Positions 25,514 through 39,230 of a stretch of DNA of 64,000 bases are shown here, piece by piece. The notes beneath the pieces are model-generated. The model worked only from the letters and a program-made list of their open reading frames with translations, was not told where the DNA came from and made no database searches. The translations under genes and the position numbers were made by a program. The stretch lies in NCBI GenBank assembly GCA_001179505.1, contig CDMY01000303.1, forward strand, positions 62,001-126,000, in the 5' to 3' direction. Each line of letters starts with the position of its first letter. Within the stretch, counting starts at the first letter, position 1. Origin of the DNA: Vitrella brassicaformis CCMP3155. Its lineage: Eukaryota > Protista > Chromerida.

Positions 25514-26481
25514 CCTGACGGATATGGGTCCATTTAGATGTGAGCAAAATGCTCACAGGTTGATGTATGTCGAGTTTTGGCGAGTTGTGGAGGTCGGAGG
25601 GGTGGGCCTTGGTGCTGTGTGTGTGGAGCTGTGAGCTGAAGACATTCATTCACTGACTCAGTAATTGTGCGGCTGTCTGTAAGAAAGGAAGTCTGCACAC
25701 ACACCACTGACGCCATGCATCACCTGACCACACGCAGTCGACATGGGCCATGCACAACACAACACCTTGCTAGAAAGAGCGCGGAAAGGCACCCTGCAGT
25801 CAGGCGGACAGAGAGAGAGAGAGGAAAAATCTGCTGCCCTTTCACTCACTCACAACGGACACACAGACAGCATCGCTCGTCAGCTCCACTCACGGGTGCC
25901 CATTTGAAGACCGAACCACTGCAAGGCACACTCAGACATCCCATAAGCCGTCCACAGCATACAGTCGATGTGACACCAGGCAACACAGGACGGCACCTCA
26001 CACACGGAAATCCGCCGCCTGCCTGTCTGTCTATCTGTCTGTCTGTCTGGCAGCTTTTGACGTCACTGCATGGACAGAAAATCAATACGCCGCTCCGCTC
26101 AGATGCCGCCGATCAGCCTTCGGCTCACCTTCGACTGTATTTGGCGATGGGGCGCAGGTATGCATGTGCTCGCTATCCAGCAATGAATGGTTTTGTTGTT
26201 TGTGATGGATGGAGGCCCATCGACGGCTTCAGGCGCCGCCTGGGAGTCGTACACGGATGAGATCAAGGAGGGGGACACGAAGAGGAATCCGATGCGTCTC
26301 CGTCGTGAAACGCACGCAAGACTTGCCCCCACGAGGCCCCCACCTCTCAAAGAGAAACCGAGAGGGGGACTCCCGCATCACCCTACCCACCGGACCCCAT
26401 TCCCGCTCATCCACCTTTGCTATCGTTTCTCTTTCCGTCGCGTCTGGGCCCTCCATCCATCGCATCACCCCAATCCCGAAA

Positions 26482-29400
26482 ATGAAGCCATCCCCTCTCT
26501 TCCTTGCCGTCTGTTGCCTGGTTGCCGTGCCCGCGCTGGCCCAGCGCGACACGCCTTTGGAAGGCGCCTCGTTCCTCGATGCGGCGGGCCCGGTGGGCGA
26601 TGTGGCCGCCTTCACGAGCAACCTCGTCGCCACGACGACAAGTGCCCTGCCCACCTTCGGGGGGCTCATCACCTACGAACGCGCACGTACCAACGGAAGG
26701 AGACAAGCAGCCGAGCGTGTGACACACACAAGCTCCCCTCTGATTGTTGTGTCTTCGTGTTCATCTTTGGCGCAGAGTCGCTGCTTGATCAGTTCCCTCT
26801 CCGATGGGACTTGGACAGCCTCCTGACCAGTGCGATTGAGGCCGGCATTGACATTCCCAATGCAGGGGCCGAGGGCCTGGAGGACCTGCTGCGCAGGGCC
26901 ACCGTCATGGGCACGCCCTTGAGGCTGGAGATGCTCATGGAGCTACCCGACCTCCAGGGCTACGAGCCATCCGTCTATCCCAAACTTGAGGAGTTCCTGC
27001 AGCTTGGTCGGTGCCCCTGCACTCACTCATGGGACGCACCGTCAGCTCTTGCATGGTGTCTCTGCCTGTGCGATTGTGTGTGTCCATGCAGTGGTGGCCC
27101 ATGCCCGTTCGGCGATCCGCCTTGGTAGCCATCCTGCGGACAAGGTGTGGTCATTCCTCGACTACGTGACGACCCGCGCTGCCGAGCTGGCGCGCCACCT
27201 GCCCCCGTACTTCTTCAAGGGGGGAAACATCGAGGAGCTGCTCAAATTCGACAGTGACACCATCATCAAGGTAAGGTGCATGCCTTCCTCCCTGCGACCC
27301 ACAGCCCAGCCTTTGTGTCTCCTTCTCTGTGTGTGTCCTTCTAGAATGCGCTTGAGATGCTGACTGGGATCCCCACCAGATTCCCGGGCGACATCGTGGA
27401 CCTGTCCAAGCTGATCGAGGTGGACCTGGAGTGGCTGGGCCCCAAGGGCGCGATCCTCTACAACCCCGCGAGCCTCACCAAGCTGCCCTATGGCAGCCTT
27501 GACGAACTCACCAAGCTCATCATGGTGAGTGAGCGTACACACACGCATCCACACGTCCACACGGCTGGGCTGTATTGTGCTCCTTCCTTGGTAGAAAATG
27601 TTTCACACGCTGCGGCCCGTCGGGAAGGACGACCTGCAGAAGACCTTCCCCGCCCTCGGTGTGCACGCCGTCATCGAGGCGATGGAGATGTTCCTCAACG
27701 ATTACATCCTGCCGGCCTACAAGACAGCCATCGGCCCGTGGACCAAGATCGCAGACGGATTCACCGGCTACATCGACGCCTTCACCCACTTCATCGCAAG
27801 CATGACTGCCGAGGGTAGGTACTATCCTCCTTGCAACACTCACATCCATCAACTCAACCTGCACACAGACGGACGTCCCCCATGTCTGTGTCTCTCTGTC
27901 TCTCTGTCTCTGACTCACCCACCCACCCACGTGCAGGTGCCAAGGTGTTCCTGCAGCTGGGCGACGAGCTGCCAGGCAGGAGCGACCTGGTCGCGTACTT
28001 CGAGAAGGTCACCGCCTCCCTCTTCGCCGACGCCTCCAAGCTCATCCCCACCTGCGACCGCTTCCTGCCCAAGTCCTTCGAGTGGTCCCTCTGCGATCTC
28101 TTCTTCAGCCAGACATTCGGCCCCAAGGCCAGACGGCGCCTCATGTACGACCCTAGCAAGCCCCCTAGCAAGACCCGAGCCGGCGAGGTGACCATCATGC
28201 AGACGGGGATCGAGTCCGTCCCCACGCTCATCAGCGCAGCCATCCAGCCGATCTCCATTGGCCACGACCTGCTGAAGCCCCTGGCCGACATCTTCATGGG
28301 CGACAGCCACCACAAGAAGGTCGAGTACACCGACCTGGAGCTCGACACCTTCCTGAAGGAGGTCCTGGCGCCGTTCGTCCACATGATGCAGGAGCTCGCC
28401 GCCACCTTCCACAAGATCCTCGCGGCGGGCGGCTACTCATGCGGGAAGGCCGACTGCGAGACCGAGAAGCACGTCTTTGAGCACCTCATGAGCATCAATG
28501 TGGTTGAGGGGTTCAAGCTGCTCCAGCCAGCCGCCGGATACTCCACGAGTAAGAGAGTGCTGCCACACGAACCGATAGGTACCCATCTTCTCCTGATCCT
28601 TGGGTGCAGAGGTGGCATCCGATTTGTACCACTTCATGACCCGCCTGGCCAAGGAGGTGAGACACACACCATATGTCTTCCCTCTCCCCCAGCTGCCCCG
28701 CTCTCCTTTTCTGCATACTACGAGTGGGTATGTGGTTGTGTTGTGGTGTCTTGTGGTGTGTGTGTTGTGTGTGACTTCAGCTGTTTTACGAGGCCAAGTC
28801 GTACGCTGAGAGCTTCCCCAAGCTGCCAGTCCTGCCTCCCCCGCCCCCCAAGGTGCCCGTCCTGCAGCCGCTCGACGCACTCAAGCACCTCGACGACCTC
28901 GCTGCCCACATTGCGGTGCACACACAACAGGGAGGGAGCAGCCACATCGAGCACTGCCTACATCGGTCCTCTTGTGTATGCACACGTAGGGCGAGCTGAC
29001 GAAGCCGATTGGAGGCGGTGGGACTGTCCTGGCCGGCTTCTTCAAGACCGCCAATGGCAAGACTGTGGAGTATCTTGACATGTTTGTCAAGGAGCTCGTC
29101 AAGGCCTTCCAGCCCGTCAGCAAGCTCTTCAAGGGCGGATTTTACGAGATCGCATCCATCAACTTCATCTCGCATGAGGGCGGCAAGAGTAAGACAGACA
29201 CACAGCACCCCAACACTTCTGTCTGCAGCACGGCACAACCAGCAGCAGCAGAGACATGTATGTATCTGCCGCTGTGTGTGTCTGTCTCATGGCGTTGCGT
29301 ATGCAGTGCTGCGCGACTTCCGCCGGTACTTCGACCTTTCAGGCCCCATCGACGAGAAATCTCGCGCCAGTTACCTGAGAGACGTGGCGGCGGCGATCAT

Positions 29401-32400
29401 CAAGGACGCCCAGCTGCGCATCCCCACCATCGAGCATCTGGTGGACGGCTTCGACAAGGGGCTGTTCAAGCTCTTCCAGGACGCTCTCAAGGGCGGCTAC
29501 GAGATCACTCCCTCTCTCCTCACCGGGCTGCCCAAGCCAGTCATGGACCTCCTGAGCCCTGATGAGTGGGGAAGCTTCCTCCAGCACATCCTGGCCCCCT
29601 TTTTAGAGCTGCTGCGGCTGGGCGGCGACAGGCACCACAAGGAGGCGGGGCCCGACCTCTCCAAGGTCTTCGACGACTACCTGCCCAAACTCGCGGTGAG
29701 TAGTGCGTCAGGTGGGGTGCAAAGGGTCGAGACGGTCGACAATGGTGGCACACCATGGGCCATGGTGTGTATGGGTGTGTCAGGTGGACGGCTACCACGT
29801 GCTGCTGGGCCAGCTGACTAAGACCTTCACCGCCATGCTGCCCGCGGCCATCTCGATGCCCCCGCTGCTCAAGGAGATCCAACAGCTCATCACCAACCTC
29901 GCCAAGGAGTGGCTCGCCATCGCCGAGCACTTCGTCGGGGCCTTCAGCAAGCTGCCCTTCCTCCCCCCGATGCTGCCCCACGTGCCGGACCTCCTCAACG
30001 TGGACGACTACTTCAAGGGCTTCCTTTCGCTCATTCCCCCGCCGCCCCCCGGGTTTCCCAAGGGCCTGCCCATCTACAACCCCTTCGAGGACCTCCTGGT
30101 CGTCCCCAGCAAGATCGCCGGCTGGCTGGTGGGCATCGGGGGCCAGATCCCCCTGCCGACGATCCCCTTCCTGGACGTGCTGACCTATGGCGGGTCGATC
30201 GTGGCCCCCGACATCCCCTTCTTGAAGGAGTTCACCGAGATCCTGAGTGGCTTTGCGCACAACGGTGCCGGGCTGCTGACAGGCAAGTGGCTGGCAGGGT
30301 TCAAGAAGTTCATGGCGGTGCCCGAGAAGATCATCAAATTCGCCATCGACTTCCTTGTCAAGGTCGCACACATGGTACGTCACCTTATGTTGGGAGGGTG
30401 GACGGGGGGATGGGATGGGTGGCCCCCTACCTGCAATCCGGTCTGGTTATTGCCGTTTCTCTCTCTCTCTCTCTCTCTGTTTTCTGCGTGTGATGGCAGG
30501 TGACGAGCCAGATGGCTCTGTTTGACCCACAGCAGTATCGCGGCTACATCGACATGGTCGCCACTTTCGCTTACGGCAATCTCAACAAAGTATGTCGCAC
30601 TCGCTCACTCACTGCAATGCCCGAAAAGTTCCCACACGTCGCAAGGCGAACAGACAGCATGCCTCCGTCATCTGCGTGCGCGTGTGTGTGTATGCAGCTG
30701 ATTACGTATCTGACTGATCTGGGGCTGCCGGGTCTCGACAAGGCCACGGGAGACATCAGGGCCTTCATCGAGAACATCATCACACACACAAGTAGGTGGT
30801 GGGATGGATACCCGCTTTGCCCGCTCACGTGTGAACGCGTGTGTGTTTGTGTGTCTGTGTGTGCAGTTGAGGAGCCCGCCAACTACATCATGTCGATGAC
30901 CAGGGAGCTGCTGGGCGCATTCCTTTACAGATTCGACGAGCTCGTCCACCCAGACTAGTAAGATCCCAATCCCCCACCCCCCCGGCGCACCCGACTCCCA
31001 CAGGGATGTCCTCATGTCTCTCTCTCTCTCTCCGTCTCTCTCCCTGTGTGTGTGCAGCGACGACTTTGAGAAACTGGTGAAGGATACGATTGACAAGACC
31101 ACCGTCAGGGATTCAGACATCGACAAGGTCATCAAGGGCATGCTCGGCACCACCCCCTCTCTGTCACTCGACACCAAGGCCCTCACCGACCTCCGCCAGG
31201 AGGTCACCGCATTCTTCGAGACAATCGTCACACAGCGCGGCAAAATGGGAGCCGCCTTCAACACCAAGCGACAAAGGCGACTGCAGGTGGCCAGGGCAGT
31301 CGCTGTCTCAACCAATGCCCTCAGTGCTCTCAGCGGACTCACGGTAAGGGAGCCAGCCAGGCAGGCAGGCCAGCAGGCCAGCAGGCCAGCAGCCACAATC
31401 TGTGCGTTTGTCCATGTGCGTCTGTGTCAGGACGACTACCTCATTCGCCGCGCGTCAACGGCACTGCAATCCACGATGTTCAGCCTGGCCGAGCCCCTCA
31501 TGTGGGGATTTGACCGAGCCATCGCTCAGACACCACTCGGCGCCCTGGCCAACGTCGCCTTGGCCACACCACTGCCAGGATTGGTCGCCACAGGCCTCAC
31601 ACCCTTCACAGGATTGGGCGCCCCCCTCACGGCGGCACAGAAGGGCGCTGAAGCGGCGCTCCACTTGTTCGGCGAGGCGGCAGCGCTCTTCAGCCCCCTC
31701 CCAAAGGGGTACCCACACCTGCTGTCGGGCATCACGGAAGCGGCCACGTCCATCTTCGATCCCACCTCTCTCCTGCCAATGCTGTCGCAAACCACAATGA
31801 TTGACGAGCTGCTCGGCGGCATGGGCCTGCAAGCCGGCGCGTCCATCCTCAAGTCTCTCACATCGGGCATCCCCACCCTCCCCCTGAGCATCGCCAACAT
31901 CCCTCTGCTCGGGGGTGCGGGCGGCCTGGGCGGCCTGCTGGAGCTGCCGGCGTCCTTCGCCAAGACGGCCACGTCCCTGCTCGACGCCGTGACGCCGGTG
32001 GAGATGGTGGCCCTCGTGCAGATGTTCCTGAAGCCCTCGTCGTTCACGGGGCACGGGCTGGCGCATACGGTTGGCGGGCTGCTGGGTGACCTCCCCAAGA
32101 GGCTGGACGACCTCGGCTGGCAGGGGGACAAGAAGACCCTCGGCGACAGGATCGACAGATTCGTGTCCATCGTTGCCGGGAGGAAGGAGACGGTATTAAT
32201 GATCGATGCACGGGCGGACAGATGTGTGTGTCATGACATGTGTGGCGGGGGAACTGTTTGTTGTGTTGTGTGCAGTACGACAAGGAGCACAAGAATGAGC
32301 CTGCCAAGGTGCACGCCTTCGGCGACTGGATGTTCCTCCGCACGCTGGTCGAAGCCAACCGCATGGCGCTGTACCTCATCGCCAATCCCGATGTCGCCAT

Positions 32401-32696
32401 CAAGACAATCGACGAGTACTTCACACAAACGGTGCGGACCGATGCATATGGGATACAATGGCAGGCAAAATCGGAGACAGACAGACAGACAGATACTTGT
32501 TGCGTACGTGCGTGTGTATGTGCAGGCTGACTCGCTGTTTAAGGAAGGCGTGCACTTCATGGACAGCTGGTCGAGCCCCTTCTTCAGCGGCAACAGGCTC
32601 TTCTACGAGAGCATCGACTGGGGGAAGATAATCTCCCTCCCAGGCGGAATCGAAAACATCGCCGAGGCCGGCGCGCGGCTCGGCCTCTTCAAGTGA
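26482..32696 (+). CDS. Large (~1500 aa estimated) secreted, helical Leu/Gly/Pro-rich protein of unknown function
   Basis: Signal peptide MKPSPLFLAVCCLVAVPALA|QRD. About 18 exons with strongly C/G-ending codons. Long ORF segments in the track (27831-29078, 29703-30503, 31014-32696). Ends AEAGARLGLFK*. Confidence 0.8.
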
Positions 32697-33774
32697 TCCT
32701 CTCCATCCATCCTCCCATCCATCGATTCTCGTCCCTTGTTTGGTCAATCCGTGAGTGAGTGAGTGAATACATGTGTGTGTGCATGTGTGCGTGAGGCACA
32801 TAACAAACACCACACCCTGTAACCATAGGCTCTATCTTTTTGGGCCAGTCACGTCACGTCACTCATCAAATCATGCATGCCCTCTTTTCTTTCAGCCCGC
32901 CCGCCCACCTGCTGGCTGCCCGCCCGAGCCCCCGTCTGGCTGGCTGGCTGGCTGGCTGTCTGTCTGGCTGTCTGGCTGTCTGCCTGTCTGCTAATTCGCC
33001 ATCGATACAGCTAGGCATCTTGTGCGTTCTGTCGGTCGGTATCTATGCAGGTGTGGCTGATGGCTGGACGGATGGATGGATGTACCACCTGTGCGCCTGT
33101 GCCTTCCTGGTGTTCCGTGAGGGTTTTCAAGCGCTGGCTGACTGACTGACTGCCTTGCTGGCTTCATTCGTCTGCAAGTATACATGCGCCAGCCGATATG
33201 TGTGTGACAGTGTGTCTGTCTGTCTGTCTGCATGACGATATATGTCGATGAGTGCATCCGTGGACAAGGTGGGTGGGCGAGAGGGCGTGTGGAGGGGAGG
33301 GGAGAGGAGGGGTGGCTTGAGGCAGTTCACGAGGTGGGTGGATGGGCGGAGTGGGCCGCCTCTCACAAAGATATGTCAGGCACACATGCCGAAAAGGACC
33401 ATGATGGGCCGTCGAATAAGACATTGACCCGTCGCCGAATTGAATCGCAAACACGTTTGACTGAGAGGGGCGGAGAAGCACGTTTCAGATGAGAAAACTG
33501 AGCTCTATGCAGCTCACATCCTTTCACCTGCACTTGGCCAAGATAAGAACGGGAACCCTCTTCTCGGCTCGCATCCGCAAAAGGTGAGCAGAGAAAACGA
33601 AGAGAAGGCCTGCATCCATCCATCCAGCACATCCAGCGCCCATCGCTCTTTCCGTGCTGTCCATCTGTCAGCTAGCTCCCTTGACGACGAGTGAGTGCTC
33701 CCTGTCGTGAAGTGATTTGACGAAAGTACCGTACCTGGTTGAGTTCATCGTTGCCCGCACTATCGTATCGGCTC

Positions 33775-35193
33775 ATGGCGGACGTCGACGCACCCCCGGC
33801 TGGTGAGCGGGCGGCCTCCGGGGCACACACACGACCTTCTCAGGCAGAGAGAGAGGCCGGGGAGGGCGGAGGGTAGTCGAGGAGTCGCAGGAAGGCCGCA
33901 TCAGTGCGTGTGCGTGAGAGACATGGGGTATGGCGACGTACGAAGGTGCTCTCTGCGTGGGTGTGTGCGTTTTCAGATGTTGCTGATGCCGGCGCTGCCC
34001 CGAAGGCGAAAGTACGCAGCACCACAGCACTACACAGCACCCCTCCATGGCCATGCACACCACACCACACACCACCACATAGAGGGAGATCCAGACGACG
34101 ACCGTCCTGTGCTCCACCCTTCCCTTGTGTTGGTCTTGTGACTTGTGTCGTGTGTGGTGCCTTCAGGCCAAGGGGAAGGGCAAGGCCAAGTCCGGTGGTG
34201 GCAAGGCGCGTGCTGCCCCGAAGCACCCTTCGTTTGAGGAGATGATCAAGGAGGCCATCGGCACACTCAAGGACCGGTCAGGCAGCAGCCTGTTCGCCAT
34301 CAAGAAGTTCATCCAGGCCAACTACTCCCTCGACGTCGAGGACGCACGCACCAAGCACCACATCAGCCGCGCACTCAAGAAAATGAGCGAAGCCAAGAAA
34401 CTCATCACGGTAAGAAACTTACACACACATGCACACATGCACACACAGGGGGAGGGCAGGTGATATGGTGTGGTGTGGTGGGATGGTGTTGTGTGGTGGG
34501 TGCATCTCGACTCGACGTGTGGCCTTCGTGTGTTGGTGTGTTGTTTGTGTGCAGATCAAGGCGTCGTACAAGTTGAACATGAACGTGGTTGGCGCTGCCA
34601 AGAAGGCCGCACCCAAGAAACCCAAGGCCGCCGCTGAGGGTACGCACGCACGCCACACAAACCACACACCACAACCCACCACACCACACCACAGACACGG
34701 ACGCCGCCACCTCAATCACCCCACACATCCCTCTCTCTCTCTGCGTGTGTGTGTGTATCAGACACTGGAGTTGAGGCTGCCCCTGCTCCCAAGGCCAAGG
34801 CGAAGGCTGTCAAGAAGACCCGCGCTGCGGCCAAACCCAAGACGGCTGCCGCCAAACCCAAGGCCAAGGCGGTACGGACGCACATGGACACACGCACATC
34901 CTCCACACCATTCCGCAGGCAGGGGCCTGCCTTTAAATGCACATGTTATGTTGTCCTGTTTTGTGTTTTGTGTGATGCGCAGAGCGTTCGCAAGCCCATC
35001 ACCAAGAAGCCCAAGGCGGCGGCCAAGGGCAAGGCCAAAGCCAAGGCCAAAGGTGCGCCCCCACCCAACACACCCCCCGACTTACTCCCTCTCTGTACAC
35101 ACGTGTTTGTGTGGTGTGTTTGTTTATTTCTTTCTTGTGACTGCAGGCAAGGCCAAGGCTAAGGCTAAGGCTAAGGCCAAGGCGGCTGCCTGA
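33775..35193 (+). CDS. H1: Linker histone H1 with a winged-helix globular domain and a K/A/P-rich tail
   Basis: MADVDAPPA..., [35 protein letters not shown]...[17 protein letters not shown]|IKASYKL. The tail has [27 protein letters not shown] and [13 protein letters not shown]. Confidence 0.93.
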
Positions 35194-37282
35194 ACCACCC
35201 CACCACCATACCACCACCATGCCACCATGACACCATGCCCAATACAGAAAGATGCCTGCGTGATGGACTGACTGACTGACACAAGTGATCGAGCCCGCCT
35301 CTTTCTCTCCCTCTTCCCCACCCATGTATCCCATGCCACCTCACCCCATTCGCCCAGCTCAGCCCTGCACGCACGTCCACGTCGCACGACTCAGGCAGCC
35401 CAGGCCCTTGTGTGTGTATGTGTGTGTGGTGTGTGTGTGTGTGTGTATTGTTTATATATACTCACGGGCAATACTGGCTGATAGACTCACTGCGTTGTGT
35501 TGTGTTGTTGGGTTGTGTTGGGGATTGTACATTCTGTTCCCCCCCCCCCAATCTCTGTCTGTATCTCTCTCTCTCTATCTGTCTGTCTGTCTGTCTCTGT
35601 ATGGTCTCGGCCGTGCTGTGTGTGGGGCGTGGCGTGTGTTGTGGCTGGGGGGCGGGGCGGATGGGGTCGGGGCGGAAAGAGAGAGAGAGAGGCAACACCG
35701 AGACAATCACTCACACCACCTCAGCATCCGTAGCCAGATGACGACTCTCTGACTGTGACTCTGACACTGACGTGATTGACCGAAAGACGGGGAGCAGCAA
35801 AGGGAGACAATACACAACACACACACGACACATCGACTGACGGACAGACAATCGGACATCGGCACCCTCTTTTTCGCTAGGTGCAACTGACACGAGTGAG
35901 CAGACTGCATGGCAGCCAGACGGGGAAGGAGGGAGGTGCGAAGGGGGAGGGGCGGGGCGGTGCGGGCTGGGGGGGAATGTGGTGGGGGACACCAAAGAAG
36001 GAAAGAAGGAACCGGCGTGTGCTGTTTTTCTCTCCCTCATCCGCTGGTCGATGCATGCCCCCATGCATCGCTCGGCGGACTCACCGGTCGCCCGACGTGC
36101 GTTATGAGCCCTCTCCCTCCCTCTCTACTCGCCTGTGGCCTTTCTCTCTTTTTCCTTCCCCCTCTCTCTTGGCCTGGCTTGGCTTGAACTGTCTGCGTGT
36201 CGGTTTGCATGGCGCTAGCGATCGACGAACAACCCTCTGGCTTCACTGGAAGCCACCGCGTGACACCTGCCTGCCTGCCTTGGTGCCTTGGTGCGTGGAC
36301 ACGGACAGTGATTGGATGGTTTTGACAGACAGTGCTGATGCGGTGCGGTGCGGTGCGTTTATCCATCCATTTTGATTTCGTTGTTCCTTTATTTCTTTCT
36401 CTGTCTGTCTGTGTGTGTGCATAGGCGTGGGTGTATCTGGTGGATGGACGGATGGATGGATGGATGGTCTTTTTGCCCACACGGCCTGCCTCAAGTCAGG
36501 CGCTCGCTTGTACACTCGTTATGCCATGCGCCATGCTGCTGTGGTGACAAAGTGTGCGGTTGTGTGCATACGTACGTCCGGCGTGCTGACACACCCACAA
36601 ACACAGACAGTACAGTACAGTACAATACAGAACAGTGCCGCACATCACACTGTCCCTTAGAATTGCCTTGCCTGTCTGGCCGCTCGCTCTTCCCCTTGTG
36701 TGCGCTGCGCACGCCTACGCTGTCTTTTTCTCGCGCTCATGGATGGATGTGTTCGCGCTTCCGTCTTTCCCTTTCCCCTGTCTGTCCGTCCGTCCGTCTG
36801 GCTCACTCCCTCACCTTCTGACGCTTTGCCGACTGACTGACTAGCGAGAGGGTGGATGGAAGGGTGACTGACTTGTGCAGTGCAGCAGTAAGTGGGGGCG
36901 GGCGTGTACGCTATGCGTGGGTGTAAGTAAGAGGGAGGGAGGGAACCCTTTGGTTGGATGGATGGATGGACCGTGTGTGCGTTGGAACAACTGACTGGCG
37001 AATTGACGGATTGATTGACGAGTCGAGCAGAAGCAGAGGTTGCTCACGTAAGCACGCGCAAAAATCTGTTTATTCGTCATCTCACACGCACATGATCTCT
37101 CCGTCGCCTCGCGCAGCGGCACCGCACCCACTTCATTTACACACACTGCAGACAAGACACTTCAGGCAGGCCTCTCTCCCCCACCCACCACCCACAGGCA
37201 CGCAGGCAGACTTACAGACAAACCCTCCCTCTTATCTAGCATCAGCAGGCCCGCTCGAGCATCCAGCCCACGGCACCGCACC

Positions 37283-38230
37283 TCAGAACACGCCCTGTGT
37301 GTCATCCATCCCATGCATCCACACACACAACCACACACAGTTCATTCAGCCGTATCGGTGGTCCGAGAGTCAGCATATATATGGCTGTGTGTTGTGTGGG
37401 GCTGGCTCACCTGTCCGTCCCCAAATGGCGAGATGTGGCCAGAGAGGAGCTGCTCGAGGGTGGCCTGGCCTGTCAGGAACTGCTGGATCAACATGCCGGC
37501 CGTCGCAACCATCGCCAGACGACCGTTCTTCAACTCGCGAAGCTGCATCTGATGGATGGACCAAACGACGAAGAACCACCCACCGACACAGACCAGACAG
37601 ACACACAGAGGGGAGAGCGTGTGACGAGAACAGTCCTCTGCCGCCTTGGTGTGGCTGCCAGGTGAGTGAGTAGTGAGTCCCCTGACCTACCTTTTCGAAG
37701 GCCTCCGGGTTGCTGGCCAGTCCCAGCTTCTGCTGCAGGTTCAGCGGGTCAAACCCCAGATCCCCCGGGGCGGCCGAGTCGGCCCTGTTGAGCGCCGCCA
37801 CCTCGATGGCGCCGATCGCCAGAAGCAGCTGAATGATAGCCCCCGGCCGCTCGTTGGCCACCTTGACGAGCGCTGGGATGCCCTTGGTCTCGGAGAAGAC
37901 GCCACTGGGGTCAGGCAGCTGCACCACCTCCTGAGTGGTGAGGCCCAGGGCGGCGAGCATGCAGATGCGGCCGTGCTTGAGCTCCGCAGCACGGTACCAT
38001 GACAGGGTCTCTGGTTCGAGGTCGCCCGCTGCCAGCTTCCAAGGGTCAAAGTTGGGAGCTTCAATGTCGGATCCCACCAAGCCGCCCGGTGGACCCTCGG
38101 CCTGTAGGCGAGAGGGGGACAGGGATTGCCGGAGGGATCCCCTGACGCTGCTGCCGCTGGCTGGTGGGGATGGAACGAAGGCGTGAGCCACGACCGCAAG
38201 AAGAGCCAAGATGACCGCTACTGCCTTCAT
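37283..38230 (-). CDS. LHC: Light-harvesting chlorophyll/carotenoid-binding protein (red-lineage LHC/FCP type) with a bipartite plastid presequence
   Basis: MKAVAVILALLAVVAHAFVP (signal + AF), FDPWKL, WYRAAELKHGRICMLA, PGDLGFDPL, MQLRELKNGRLAMVA. Three exons, ending HISPFGDGQ|GVF*. Confidence 0.95.
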
Positions 38231-38538
38231 CTTCCAGACCGGGGGGCTGGCTATAGATAGGTGCTAGGTGACAAGTGCTTCCCTGCTGCTGCTTCTGTGA
38301 CCTCGCCAACAGATCTGCCACAGTTTTCCGAGGCCGTAAATGGAAGCAAACCCTGCGCCCTAAACCCTGACGACCATTCCTTCTTTAACGCAGCAAGTGC
38401 CGCCTTGCAGCAGACGTCGGATCCGTATGTCGATGCCAAGGGAGGAACGGCGTCTATGCTAGAGAGTGTGCTCGGACGGAGGAGATAGATCGTGTGGCTG
38501 CTGCCACGTGGCGTCAAGTGCGGTCAAGTGGGCGGGTG

Positions 38539-39230
38539 CGGCGCGGCCTCCCAGCAGGTCTACAAGGTCCCCACTCACCAGTGGCGCGCCACACCCTTCT
38601 GGCCCCCAACCGCACTCATCGCCAAGCACGGCCACCCACACCACGGCCAACCGTCGTCCCGCCTCCACTTCAGCTGGAACGGCGCCACCACCGTGAGGTT
38701 CTGGCGCGTCATGGTGGCCAAGAAACGGGCCCAGAGTGCGTGGCGCAAGTTCTGGGAGGGCCCGAAACACCAGTTTGAGCAGTGGGTGGATGTGCCGGAG
38801 ACAAGCGGGGCGTGCGCGTTTTACCGGGTGGAAGCGCTTGACGGCAAGAGGCGGGTGCTGGGGGTGTCGAAGCAAGTGGCCACGGAGGGGTGCCGGAAGT
38901 GAATGGACGGACAACTAACTGTGGGTAGGTGGGTCGGTGGAGTGGGGGTTGGTGTGATGTGAGCGTCGCCACTCAGTCACGAAGTCGGGGTGTCGATAGA
39001 TAGATGTGATGATAGTGGTGCCTGCCTGCCTGCCTGCCTGAATACGTGTGTGTGCGCTGATGCGTGTGGATGGACGGACGGTAGATCAGATAGAGTGGCT
39101 GTTGAACGAACTGTCTTTCTCTTTATGGGTGGATGATGCCTGGGTGGCTGGGCTGCCCAGCCAGCCATTTCGATCCTCATTGGCCTACGGGGCACTCACT
39201 CATACCATTTGTAAGTGTGCATCTGTCTGT
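38539..39230 (+). repeat. 692 bp near-identical direct duplicate of 41227-41918 (last ASST exon plus 3' flank), ending at a gap
   Basis: Offset 2688 bp. One visible mismatch near the start (gtctacaag vs gtgtacaag). Confidence 0.92.

Noticed and set aside
38345-38372. Telomere-like AAACCCT / CCCTAAACCCT motifs upstream of LHC
   Set aside because: Only about two imperfect units, compatible with chance.
38251-38530. Possible retrotransposon RNase H-like remnant upstream of LHC
   Set aside because: Resemblance is limited to a few residues across stops; no RT, integrase or LTR evidence.
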